Positions 1-9,058 of a DNA stretch of 64,000 bases are shown here, one piece after another. Numbering within the stretch: the first letter of the stretch is position 1; every line of letters begins with the position of its first letter. The notes beneath the pieces are model-generated. The model was not told where the DNA came from and did no database searches. It saw nothing but the letters and a program-made list of their open reading frames with translations. Made by a program: the position numbers and the translations under genes. Source of the stretch: an uncultured Thermoprotei archaeon (GTDB lineage: Archaea; Thermoproteota; Thermoprotei; Thermofilales; B15-G2); the NCBI GenBank assembly GCA_965367815.1, contig CBDUKN010000007.1:22076-86075 (forward strand). The letters run 5' to 3'.

Positions 1-269
1 TAGAAAAGTACTTTCCCGAAGGCTGTAGGTGGACTAGACCTGTCGGAGGAATGTTCATTTTCGTCTACTTACCCGAGAAAATCGATACTACTAAAATGCT
101 TGAAAAAGCTAAAGAAAAGAAAGTAGCCTACGTCCCCGGGCGATCATTCTTTGTCGATGGAAGCGGATGGAACACAATGCGCCTAAACTTTACTTTCGTA
201 GTAGAAGACAAAATAGAGGAAGGAGTAAGGAGGCTAGCTAGTATTATTAAAGAAGAACTCGGAGCATAG
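1..269 (+). CDS. PLP-dependent class I/II aminotransferase, C-terminal part (5' end outside the window)
   Basis: The frame is open from nt 3 (EKYFPEGCRWTRPVGGMF...) into listed ORF 51..269. 'P.GGMF' and 'AYVPGRSFF' resemble C-terminal motifs of aspartate/2-aminoadipate-type aminotransferases. Confidence 0.6.
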   Translation, partial: EKYFPEGCRWTRPVGGMFIFVYLPEKIDTTKMLEKAKEKKVAYVPGRSFFVDGSGWNTMRLNFTFVVEDKIEEGVRRLASIIKEELGA

Positions 270-402
270 AATCAGGACACCGGGCTTTCATCACTTGTCA
301 GCGTGGGTTCATTTCTTCATAGGTCTATTCACTATTATTTTTCTTTCAGGAATATAAAGCTCTTTTTATAAGCTTCAAGAAAGGTAGCTCAGAATAAGTG
401 TT

Positions 403-478
403 GCGGGGTCATCGGGGTTGGTAACGCAGGCCTAGTCGTTTTTAAGACTAGGCCTATGCTACCTACCCCTCACCCCAC
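403..478 (-). ncRNA. GC-rich rod-like stem-loop with a K-turn-like internal loop (candidate L7Ae-binding RNA or 3'-UTR element of surE)
   Basis: A perfect 10-bp apical hairpin (aggcctagtc / gactaggcct, 428-437 / 446-455) extends into a ~17-bp imperfect stem, then a UGA / GAUGA asymmetric loop on the minus-strand reading, then a 6-bp basal stem. It is a GC-rich island in AT-rich intergenic DNA with no ORF. Confidence 0.35.
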
Positions 479-568
479 TATATATTAGTCCAGAGGAGGA
501 ATTTAAATTTTATTTATATAAAAGACGGTATAATTCGGTAATTTTTATTAATATTAATTCATAGCTAT

Positions 569-1381
569 TTATTTATCTTGTAATGTAATTGTATCTTTTA
601 ATACATTATTAAGAGTTTTTTCAAGTAAGCGCAGGTGAGGCGATAGAGGACAGGAGAGCTCGAATTTTATTGGCGTCAGTACTATGTTCTTGTTTACCAG
701 TAGTTCATATGTATCAGTATTTTCTTTAGGTGAAGTTGGGACACCGTAAATCCAATAGTATTTTTTGCCTCGAGGATCTACTCTCTCTTCGATATTCTCT
801 ATGAAGCGTAGTCGAGCGGGTTTGGCTATAACTACTCTAGTTTTTTCAGAAATATCTGAGGGGAAGTTTACGTTAAGAAAATCTGCGTCAGGTATTCCTT
901 CGCTTAAAACTTTTTCTATAAGTACCCTACATATTCTTTTTATTGCTTTTGCTAGTGTTTCGTTTTTCTCAAATTCTTCTCCACTTTCTACTGCGGCAGA
1001 GAAAGCTATTGAGGGAATTCCGAGAAGCCACGCTTGAACTGTTGCGGCTACAGTACCCGAGGAGAGGATTACTTGTATACTTGTGTTATCTCCTATATTT
1101 ACTCCTGATACTACGAGGTCTATTTTGGGCACTATTTTTCTGTGGGCAAAGTGAATAATGTCACTTGGAGTACCGTTGATGAGGTAAGCAGTCATTCCAT
1201 GGTAGTTGATCGTATATGCTCTGAGGGGCTTATGAAGTGTAAGCCCTGTGCCGCTCGAGCTTTTAGGTGTTTCAGGTACAACAACTATAGTCCTACCTAA
1301 GTCTGACACAGCTTCGTACAGGAGCTTAAGTCCCGGACTATATATCCCGTCATCATTTGTAACTAAAATTACCGGCTTCAT
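569..1381 (-). CDS. surE: 5'/3'-nucleotidase SurE
   Basis: The N-terminal signature 'ILVTNDDGIYSPG' and the size (270 aa) are typical of the SurE family. Confidence 0.9.
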   Translation of the reverse strand: MKPVILVTNDDGIYSPGLKLLYEAVSDLGRTIVVVPETPKSSSGTGLTLHKPLRAYTINYHGMTAYLINGTPSDIIHFAHRKIVPKIDLVVSGVNIGDNTSIQVILSSGTVAATVQAWLLGIPSIAFSAAVESGEEFEKNETLAKAIKRICRVLIEKVLSEGIPDADFLNVNFPSDISEKTRVVIAKPARLRFIENIEERVDPRGKKYYWIYGVPTSPKENTDTYELLVNKNIVLTPIKFELSCPLSPHLRLLEKTLNNVLKDTITLQDK

Positions 1382-1773
1382 ATTCTGCCTTTAGTACGAG
1401 CTTTTAATCTTAAGTACTTTCTATAAAGCTTTTCTACAATATCGTCTTCTATATACCTTTTGTGTGGTCTTAAGCCTCCGCTGAAAGAGCGAGGTATATG
1501 AAGTAGCTCATGTATAAGAACTTTGATTTTTTCTTCTTTCGGTAAAGCGTCAAAATTCTCGGAAATTACTTCGATAATGTAGTGTGCTTTAATTTTAAGA
1601 GCATGCTGCCATATTCTAGGTAAGCCGTGTATACGTGCATAAGCATAAGTGCGAGAGCCTTTACTTCTTACACAGCGGACTCTACTTAAGTCGATGTAAT
1701 ATAAGCCTAGGGTTTCTACAATATCTTTTAGCATTTTCTTTACGTCTTCTGCCTCATAGTACTTTACTCGCAT
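1378..1773 (-). CDS. Putative small zinc metallopeptidase (HExxH)
   Basis: It carries a 'HELLH' HExxH motif near the C-terminus. A 4-nt ATGA overlap with the surE start suggests an operon. Confidence 0.5.
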   Translation of the reverse strand: MRVKYYEAEDVKKMLKDIVETLGLYYIDLSRVRCVRSKGSRTYAYARIHGLPRIWQHALKIKAHYIIEVISENFDALPKEEKIKVLIHELLHIPRSFSGGLRPHKRYIEDDIVEKLYRKYLRLKARTKGRI

Positions 1774-2115
1774 TCAGCTGATTAACTGCTTTATAAGGTT
1801 TAATAAGTCTTCTCGAGTATCGTAGGATAATATTCTGAATTTTGATACCATATTAACGCCGTATTCTTCGACTACTTTTCTGCTGGCAATTAAGTATACT
1901 TCAGCTTTATTTTTAAGGTCTATTGACCTTATAAGAGTCTTCAAAAGAGTTTCTAGGAGATCGTATTCAGCTATATTGAAGCATAAGACTTTATTCTTCT
2001 TCCTAGCTACTATATCGAATGTATGTGATATACCGCTCACACCAGTAATTTTTCCTTTTATTTCAACTTTGTAGCCTGCTCTCTTTAATTCGTTCTCTAT
2101 TATTTTTGCATGCAT
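1774..2115 (-). CDS. Hypothetical protein, first gene of the surE operon
   Basis: The 113-aa ORF abuts the next gene with no gap. I recognised no motif with confidence. Confidence 0.4.
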   Translation of the reverse strand: MHAKIIENELKRAGYKVEIKGKITGVSGISHTFDIVARKKNKVLCFNIAEYDLLETLLKTLIRSIDLKNKAEVYLIASRKVVEEYGVNMVSKFRILSYDTREDLLNLIKQLIS

Positions 2116-2213
2116 GTAAGCTCTCCCTGTAATCGATTGAATAAGTTCGGTGAAAGTATATAATCCTTTAGCTTAGTAAATGAAACTATAGATTTTATCT
2201 ACAATAGTTTCTG

Positions 2214-2825
2214 CTATAATCTTTTCCTAAGATAATTTACATAGAGTGCTGCAGCCGGATTATGTCCGGTAACTCTATCTTTAGCTATTAAACATACTAC
2301 AGGAGCTTTTGAAAGTTTAGTGAAAACAGCATCGTGTCCTACACAGAGACCTATAGTCACATTGAGCTCTGTTTTAAGTTTATTTAAAATAAGAGCCTGT
2401 AAAACAGGGTTACATATAGCTTCGAAAGAGCCAGGCCTAAGCTTGTCTTTTTCATTCAATCCCACTTCAGTTTTATCTATTCCTCCACATTTACAGCAAA
2501 CAGAGTATACTTCGAAACCCTTTTCCTTTAAGTACTTAGCCACCTCGGCTGCTTCACTCGAGAGCCCTATACAGAAAGCTAGGCCTATTTTCTTAACTCC
2601 AAGTAATTTGGCGTATTCGGCTATTTCTCTGACTCTAGGCCACTTACAATAACCTCTTTTTTCAACAAAAGATGCTGCTAGAATAAGTTTCTTTAAATCC
2701 TCTCTTTCCATAAGCTTTTTAGCTTCAGCTATAACGTCCTCCATTCGAGCTATAGGGCAGTTTTTCCCTCCTTTATAGCACGCTTTCTCTACACATAAAT
2801 CACATCTTACAGCAGTATTCTTCAC
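2214..2825 (-). CDS. Cys-rich metal-binding protein, DUF1847-like
   Basis: It has an N-terminal CxxCxxxxCxxxxxxC cluster plus internal CC.C and C.GHD motifs. The layout and length match my recollection of DUF1847. Confidence 0.55.
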   Translation of the reverse strand: MKNTAVRCDLCVEKACYKGGKNCPIARMEDVIAEAKKLMEREDLKKLILAASFVEKRGYCKWPRVREIAEYAKLLGVKKIGLAFCIGLSSEAAEVAKYLKEKGFEVYSVCCKCGGIDKTEVGLNEKDKLRPGSFEAICNPVLQALILNKLKTELNVTIGLCVGHDAVFTKLSKAPVVCLIAKDRVTGHNPAAALYVNYLRKRL

Positions 2826-3130
2826 GAACTAAATATACTGTGATCAAAGCTTTAAGCTTAGGTGTCTGCATTAAAAGAACATTTGCTTGGCACTATTGTA
2901 GAAAATATAAATTTTATATAGAAGGTAGAAGAAGTGGCGAGTATTGAAAAGAAATTTTTTAATTATAGCAGAGTGTTGCGAAAGTCTGGTGAAAGACTAA
3001 GCTACTGAAGCATGCATTTAAGTAACTGTTGAAAACTGAGCGAAAATCATCTTTCGTCTCGAAGACCAAAAATATTTTATTACAATTGGCTTTAGAGTAT
3101 TCTGAAAGTAGTAGAAGGGAGGAGACTACT

Positions 3131-3661
3131 ATGTCGACACTGAATATGAAAAAGCCTTTGAAGATAGTGCTTTGCGGTGAAGGAGGAGTAGGAAAAACCA
3201 GTATTGCTTTTCGCTTTACAAAAGGAGTATTCTACGAGACCATAAAGATTACTGTAGGAATTGAGCATTTTACGAAAATAGTTAAAATTGATGGCAAAGA
3301 AGTCAAAATAGTTTTGTGGGATTTGGGTGGTGAAGAGCGCTTCAGATTCTTAGCGCCGGTATTTCTCAAAGGAGCCAAAGGAGGAGTATTTGTATTCGAC
3401 GTAACTAGAGAAGAAACTTTTCTTAAATTAGAAGAATGGTATTCAATTTATAGGCAGCAGGTAGGAGATTCTCCAGCAGTGCTAGTAGGCAATAAAATAG
3501 ATTTAGAAGAATTTAGAGTGATTTTAAGGGATCATGCAGAAAAATATGCTAAATCGAAAGGCTTTATAGGATACTATGAAGTTTCTGCCAAAAACAATGT
3601 CAATATAGAGAAACCTTTTATTGATCTAATAAAATGTATACTTTCAAAGGAGTCTAGTTAA
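3131..3661 (+). CDS. Ras/Rab-like small GTPase (paralogue 1)
   Basis: G1 is GEGGVGKT, G3/switch II is WDLGGEERF, G4 is GNKID and G5 is SAK. The start is moved to ATG 3131 because GGGAGGAG (3117-3124) lies 7 nt upstream and the paralogue at 11113 begins at the equivalent position. Confidence 0.85.
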   Translation: MSTLNMKKPLKIVLCGEGGVGKTSIAFRFTKGVFYETIKITVGIEHFTKIVKIDGKEVKIVLWDLGGEERFRFLAPVFLKGAKGGVFVFDVTREETFLKLEEWYSIYRQQVGDSPAVLVGNKIDLEEFRVILRDHAEKYAKSKGFIGYYEVSAKNNVNIEKPFIDLIKCILSKESS

Positions 3662-3671
3662 CTTCCTGTAT

Positions 3672-4088
3672 TTAGGGTTTGCGCAAAACGGTCTCTTTGT
3701 ACAGATTCATTATCTCCCTCCAGGCCTTCTTGACATCATTTATGTCCTTTACTCGTTCTTCAAAAGGACAATTTTCTATCTTATCTATGAGTTTACTATA
3801 TTTTACAAAAATATCGTGTTTAGTGAGCAGGTTGTAGGCAGCTTTTGTCATTACTTTACCGTAAACAGCTCGAGCACCATTTCTTACTAAAATAACTGCG
3901 GCAGCTTTTCCCACAACTTTGTCGGCTACACTAGAGTTACTCAAAATAGTCATAACGTCTACTAATTCTTTTACACCTTTACCAAATCCGACAAATTTTA
4001 CTTCACCTTCTCTTACAACTACAAGTGATGCATTAAGTTCATTAAGGAATTTTATTGCTATTTCAAGGTCTTCTGGCATAAAAGTCAC
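3672..4088 (-). CDS. DUF1893 (TM1506-like) protein
   Basis: The 'ADKVVGKAAA' core and ~138-aa length match my recollection of the TM1506/DUF1893 family. It overlaps the upstream gene by 4 nt. Confidence 0.6.
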   Translation of the reverse strand: MTFMPEDLEIAIKFLNELNASLVVVREGEVKFVGFGKGVKELVDVMTILSNSSVADKVVGKAAAVILVRNGARAVYGKVMTKAAYNLLTKHDIFVKYSKLIDKIENCPFEERVKDINDVKKAWREIMNLYKETVLRKP

Positions 4089-4396
4089 TTTTCCTCACCT
4101 AACTTTCTTTTAGCACTTTCTACTTTATATTCAAGACTCCATTCTGACCTATTTCTTCTTTCATCTATTTTGATTAATGTAAGTACTCTAAGAGCTTTTT
4201 CTAAGACTTTTTCATGTATTTCGGCTACTATCTTTAAAGCTTTATGTACATTAATTTCTTCAAAAATAGTGCATGAAGGTGCAAGAACATATTTTATGTT
4301 ATATTTACGTAGAATTTCGAGAGCTTCGGCAACATATTTAGATAAGCTTGATCCTACTCCTATGGGCACTATAGATATTTCTACTACTACGGGCAT
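4085..4396 (-). CDS. MTH1187/YkoF-like (DUF77) small protein
   Basis: The N-terminus 'VVEISIVPIGVGSSLSKYVAEA' and ~100-aa length are typical of the family. Confidence 0.6.
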   Translation of the reverse strand: MPVVVEISIVPIGVGSSLSKYVAEALEILRKYNIKYVLAPSCTIFEEINVHKALKIVAEIHEKVLEKALRVLTLIKIDERRNRSEWSLEYKVESAKRKLGEEK

Positions 4397-4430
4397 TCAT
4401 GTAAATAATAACATAAGCAGTATATTAGCG

Positions 4431-7400
4431 TTATTTTGAAGTATGAGATTTTTCTTGCTCTAAGCTATTTGCAATTAAATAAAGTAAGTATATATTCTTC
4501 AGATTTTCTTTTAAGTACTCTTCTAGTTTCTGCTTAAGGTACTTAGTTAAAATCTTAGTTCTTCCTGTTCTCTGAGATAGAGCTGTTTCAAGCATAATTT
4601 CTCTCAGAGTAGTTTTCCTTTCAAGGCCTACTGCTTTCTCTATTTCTTCTAGCGGAGCTATATTTAGGGAAAGTTTTTCTTTAATTTCTTTCCGCACATC
4701 GATGATTTCTCCTAAAGACTCGAGGCCTGCTAGAGTTACTAAAATAGATTTCTGGTTGAGCTCCATAAGTACTCTGTTTAGTGTTTCTTTTGAGTAGACT
4801 AGTATTTTGAAGCCTTTATTCAGAAGAGATCTTAGTGCTCTATCGGCTAGCTCTGTGTCCTCTTCATCTACCCAGTACTCTCTGTCCCGTACTATCACTG
4901 TATAGTTTTCTCCGTCAAATACTCCTATAGCGTACACGCTTTTCTTGAGTTCTTCGACTAGAGGTACTTCGAGGGCATCTATTGCAGCTAATTTAAGTGC
5001 TCTAGAAGGCTTAGGTATGTAAATCTTTTTATCTTTGAGTTTGAGCTCAATTTTTTCTCGGAGAAGGAGGTACTCAACGACTTTAGCGGCAGCTTTCTTG
5101 GCTAAATTCCAGTTCATGTTGTAAGTAACTAAATCTAAGTAAGCTATTTCGTCTACTTGCAGTAAAAGTATTTCATCTAAGTCATCTGGAGTATACTCCT
5201 CTACACTTTTCAATACTTGCGACCAGTCTAGTTTTTCTAAAAGTCCCGCGCTTTCTGGCTCATGGAGATTCATTAACTTCTTTTCACCTATTTTCGCCAA
5301 ATCATACATTATTGTCTCAAAAGCAATACCGTATATTCTCCTGAGTATAAGCGTTAAGTACCCCAGACCTATTCTCAATATTGTTAGATCTTCTGAAGGA
5401 TCAAGCTCTACTGTTACTCCGTAAGTGTAGTCTGTGTACTTGCCGTGAGTTACTGTCGGAACAGGAATAGTTTTAACATCTTTGAAGACAATAGTCTTTC
5501 CTCCAATATTCTTTACTATAGGCTTTCTTCCCCTAACGTACCAGACTACTCTATTTGGTATCTTAATGAGCTTGCCAAACCCGCTGCGAGGAGGATATAC
5601 TACACAGAGTACTTCGGAGTGTATTCTTCCTGTATAATAGTCTTGAGTAAACCTAGGTTCTTCTCTCCACATCGCCTTAATCTTAGAGTATTCTTCGTAT
5701 GCTTCAGCGAGACCTTCATGTTTCCATAAAACTCTCTCGTTGATAGGTTTTACTACAACAGCTGTCACTACTCTACCTGTTTTTCCTCCGAGTCTGTGTT
5801 CAACTACAATAGAGTCTGAAGTATAGTCTAAGCACCCAATCTGAAACTTCTCTACTAGATCGCAGTGCGAAATATCTTCTAAGTAGTATTCTTTTTCATC
5901 GAAATCTTCTTTAATCCTCTTAATACCGTAGGGAGGAGAAAACTCATAGAAGTTTAAGCAAAGCCATACTCTTTTACCACGCTCAGTAAGCTTGAAGTTT
6001 CTAACTAGCCCGAATTTCTCCAAGAAGGAATATTCTTTTTTAGTGAGCTCTTTTCTTAAAAGAGGTGAAATAAATTTAAATAAGCTTTCAAATAAAAGCG
6101 AGTACTTGTTCTCAGGATTAACTATAGTTTTCTCAAGAGGTAGCTCAACCCAGTTCTTTAACACTTCAACTCCTCGTGAAAGAAGATCTCGATCCCATCT
6201 CGCGTACGGAATAATAATTGACTCAGTGTACTCTATGCTTTCTCGTCTTCCTTTTCTTCCTTCTCTCTGCCTAAATTCTTTAACATCGTCCGGTAAACCT
6301 AAGTGAACTATTCTAATTACAGTGCCTATATCTATGCCCTGTGAAAGAGTTCTCGGAGAAACTATTATTTTAACTAATCCTTTGCGGGCTCCCTCTTCGA
6401 CTTTCTCTCTAATTTCTTTTGAAATTAAGTGGTGATGTGATGCTACTCTTTCTCTAAGCTCCTCGGGCAGCTCGTGTTTAAGTCTTCTGGCTACTTCTTC
6501 AGCTTTAGCAATACTTCTAGTGAATATTAGTGTTACTCCATTGTCGTCAATGTAGTTCTTTAAGATCTCTATAGGATCTAAATCTACGCTTGGTATTTCT
6601 ATGTCTAGTGCCTCGGCAGTGCTAAGAACTTTATATAAATTCTTTTTGAATAAATCAAAGTCATTTAAACTATTTAAAATATCTTCGCCTACATTATACT
6701 TTTCAAAGATATCTTTCTTAGACTTTAAAATATCCCATATTCTCTTAATATTTTTACCTAGAATTACATACACGTAGTTCTTTGTTCTAAAAGGCTTTCC
6801 TTCAATAACCGTGCTTTCACGTTCAGTAATTTCGGAAAAGAACTTTGCTACCTCGTAAGCGTTCGCTAAGGTAGCTGTAAGTAGACAGAGCTGAAAGTTT
6901 TTCGCTGAAAGTTTCTTGATTATCTTGGTCATCGAGAAAAGTAAGGCTATTTCTCTAGGTCCATAGAAATCGAACTCATCTATTACAATGAGGTCTACTT
7001 CTCTAATGAAGTCTAATAATATAGAGCTCCTAGGGCTTATAGCCCACTTCTTTAAATCTTGTAGAAGAAAGGCTGGGTTTGTTACAAGAATTACTGCGTC
7101 GCTTAAGTATCTTCTTAAAGCGCCTCGGCTTTCGAGTTCTTTGTAGAGTTTTTCTTTCTTTTTAGCGTCAATCGCTACTGCTTTTACTCCTGTGGCTGAA
7201 GCGTATTTCTCTATTCTTTTTATCTGATCGTTTGCTAAAGCTAAAGTGGGATATAGGGCAATAGTTTTCTTAGAGTGTTTTAAAGTATAGAGAAGCCATG
7301 CTTCTGTTTTACCGGAGCCTGTTCCTGCTCTAAGAATAATGTTTTTTCCGCTACAGAGAGCGCTATATGCTTCTACTTGGTGCCTGTAGAGCTTCTTAGA

Positions 7401-7556
7401 GCGAATGCTCTTTAAGAACTCGTCTGTAGCGTTACTTAGCGAAGGCAATAAGTCTTGAAAACTTATTTCGCTACGGTCGGGTTTAACTGCTTCTTCTACG
7501 AAATAGTAATAGTCGTAGCCTAGAGTCTCGAGAACATTTTTTGTTAAAATACCCAC
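4431..7556 (-). CDS. Large SF2 DEAD/DEAH-type helicase (1041 aa) with a ~550-aa uncharacterised C-terminal region
   Basis: Motif I is AGTGSGKT, motif II is DEFD, motif III is TAT and motif VI is QREGRKGRR. The C-terminal half has no motif I can name. Confidence 0.85.
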   Translation of the reverse strand: MGILTKNVLETLGYDYYYFVEEAVKPDRSEISFQDLLPSLSNATDEFLKSIRSKKLYRHQVEAYSALCSGKNIILRAGTGSGKTEAWLLYTLKHSKKTIALYPTLALANDQIKRIEKYASATGVKAVAIDAKKKEKLYKELESRGALRRYLSDAVILVTNPAFLLQDLKKWAISPRSSILLDFIREVDLIVIDEFDFYGPREIALLFSMTKIIKKLSAKNFQLCLLTATLANAYEVAKFFSEITERESTVIEGKPFRTKNYVYVILGKNIKRIWDILKSKKDIFEKYNVGEDILNSLNDFDLFKKNLYKVLSTAEALDIEIPSVDLDPIEILKNYIDDNGVTLIFTRSIAKAEEVARRLKHELPEELRERVASHHHLISKEIREKVEEGARKGLVKIIVSPRTLSQGIDIGTVIRIVHLGLPDDVKEFRQREGRKGRRESIEYTESIIIPYARWDRDLLSRGVEVLKNWVELPLEKTIVNPENKYSLLFESLFKFISPLLRKELTKKEYSFLEKFGLVRNFKLTERGKRVWLCLNFYEFSPPYGIKRIKEDFDEKEYYLEDISHCDLVEKFQIGCLDYTSDSIVVEHRLGGKTGRVVTAVVVKPINERVLWKHEGLAEAYEEYSKIKAMWREEPRFTQDYYTGRIHSEVLCVVYPPRSGFGKLIKIPNRVVWYVRGRKPIVKNIGGKTIVFKDVKTIPVPTVTHGKYTDYTYGVTVELDPSEDLTILRIGLGYLTLILRRIYGIAFETIMYDLAKIGEKKLMNLHEPESAGLLEKLDWSQVLKSVEEYTPDDLDEILLLQVDEIAYLDLVTYNMNWNLAKKAAAKVVEYLLLREKIELKLKDKKIYIPKPSRALKLAAIDALEVPLVEELKKSVYAIGVFDGENYTVIVRDREYWVDEEDTELADRALRSLLNKGFKILVYSKETLNRVLMELNQKSILVTLAGLESLGEIIDVRKEIKEKLSLNIAPLEEIEKAVGLERKTTLREIMLETALSQRTGRTKILTKYLKQKLEEYLKENLKNIYLLYLIANSLEQEKSHTSK

Positions 7557-7669
7557 GTGTTTATGATTGTAGACACTATAAAATACCTTTTTGGCAGATA
7601 TTCAGTAGTATAGCCGATGATGATTCATGCAGGCGTTGATTGGTGATGTGGCTCGGGCAATCATTGAGG

Positions 7670-8542
7670 CTACTCGCTGTATGCAATTACTCTTACTTCG
7701 CCTTTATTATTGCATACTGCTATGAGGTCTCCTCTGGGACTGAACCTGACACAGACAATGTTCTTTTTCAGTACTTGATATATTTTCAGAGGATTGCCGT
7801 TAAAGGCGTCTACTATCTTTACTATTCCGTCGCTACAACCCATAGCTATTACTTTTTCTTTAAGGTCTATACTGTAAATAGGTTCTTCTTGAGATTTTTG
7901 CCACTCTACTGAGTATGTTTCAAAATTGACTACACCAAAGTTCTTTACGTCTGTCGCGAAGACTATGTGTGCGGCGTCTTTCCAAGCAATATTCTTGATT
8001 GTCTGCTGTGAAGCTATTTCCTGTATTATACCTCCGTTTATATCGAATATTCTCATTCCGTCCTTATATCCGCTTGCAATGAGGTCTTTATCTGGGTGAA
8101 ACACTATGTCGTAGACTTTGCTGTCGTGTTTAACCATGGCTAGTTCTTCTCCTGTACGCGGATTCCATATTTTCACGATTTTATCGTAGCCTGCTGACGC
8201 TAAGTACTCGCCGTTTCTACTCCAGGATACGCTAACACATTTCTTATGTTTAAGTATACTTTTAATTGTAAAGAACTCGGTTTCTAGAAGAACTACACCT
8301 ACTTTGGGGTCTGCTAAAGCCACGAGGTCTTCGCGAGGACTCCATGCAACAGGATGACCGTGGTCTTTAACATCTACTACTAGTTTTTCATGAGATTTAA
8401 TACAAGTTTTTGTCTCAAGATTCCATATACAAGCAGCATTTTTGTCTACTGTAATTAAGAAGCGTGAATCAGGGCTCCATGCACATGAAGTGTTCTTTTT
8501 ATGTATTTCTGAAACGGATAGTCTGTAGGCTTGTGCGCACAC
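7670..8542 (-). CDS. WD40-repeat beta-propeller protein
   Basis: It has repeated W-S/W-D units, for example 'VSWSRNGEYLASAGYDKIVKIWN' and 'AWSPDSRFLITVDKNAACIWN'. It is co-oriented and directly upstream of the helicase. Confidence 0.8.
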   Translation of the reverse strand: MCAQAYRLSVSEIHKKNTSCAWSPDSRFLITVDKNAACIWNLETKTCIKSHEKLVVDVKDHGHPVAWSPREDLVALADPKVGVVLLETEFFTIKSILKHKKCVSVSWSRNGEYLASAGYDKIVKIWNPRTGEELAMVKHDSKVYDIVFHPDKDLIASGYKDGMRIFDINGGIIQEIASQQTIKNIAWKDAAHIVFATDVKNFGVVNFETYSVEWQKSQEEPIYSIDLKEKVIAMGCSDGIVKIVDAFNGNPLKIYQVLKKNIVCVRFSPRGDLIAVCNNKGEVRVIAYSE

Positions 8543-8698
8543 GAATAATATCTTCTTCCTTATATTAATAGTTTAGCAGTACTTGTCTGCGAGAAAAGTA
8601 TTATCTTTCTCACTGCTAATACTAATGAGCTGAGAAAACGGCCTATAGCTGATACTGCTTCAGGTGTTCAAAGCATAGCTAAAAACCACAAAGATCAT

Positions 8699-9002
8699 GT
8701 GCTGATAGCTTATTTTGATAAATTCGGCGTTGAAGCAGTAGAAACAATGGGAGAAGACTTAGGGCCTCTTCCCTCAAGATTTACTTACATACCGATTCCG
8801 GAGAGTAAGTCAGAGAATATTCCTTCATTAGATAGCTTGAGTCCACTAGAGTTAAGAATACTTGCTCTCTGCGATGGAACTAGGTCTCTCAGGGGAAATC
8901 GCTCAAACTCTTGGAATGAAGTTTTCTGAAGTAAAGCTTATAGCAGAAAACTTACCAGTGAGAGGATACTTAAGAGAAATAAAGACTAAGATAAAAGTTT
9001 AG
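8699..9002 (+). pseudogene. Possible frameshifted small wHTH-like protein
   Basis: ORF 8699..8929 ends '...LRILALCDGTRSLRGNRSN'. A different frame continues sensibly as 'GEIAQTLGMKFSEVKLIAENLPVRGYLREIKTKIKV' to the stop at 9000-9002. Confidence 0.3.
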
Positions 9003-9058
9003 GTAAAACTGTTTCCAAAATACAAGACTTATGTTTTTTGTAGTCATGAAATATTTAT

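Noticed and set aside
381-412. A tRNA-like 'ggtagctcag' D-arm-like string upstream of the GC-rich hairpin.
   Set aside because: There is no matching D-stem closure, anticodon arm, T-loop (GTTCRAATC) or acceptor pairing, so it is not a tRNA.
3029-3130. The upstream extension of the first GTPase (listed start at 3029, TTG).
   Set aside because: The extension has no counterpart in the paralogue. A strong SD-like GGGAGGAG precedes ATG 3131.
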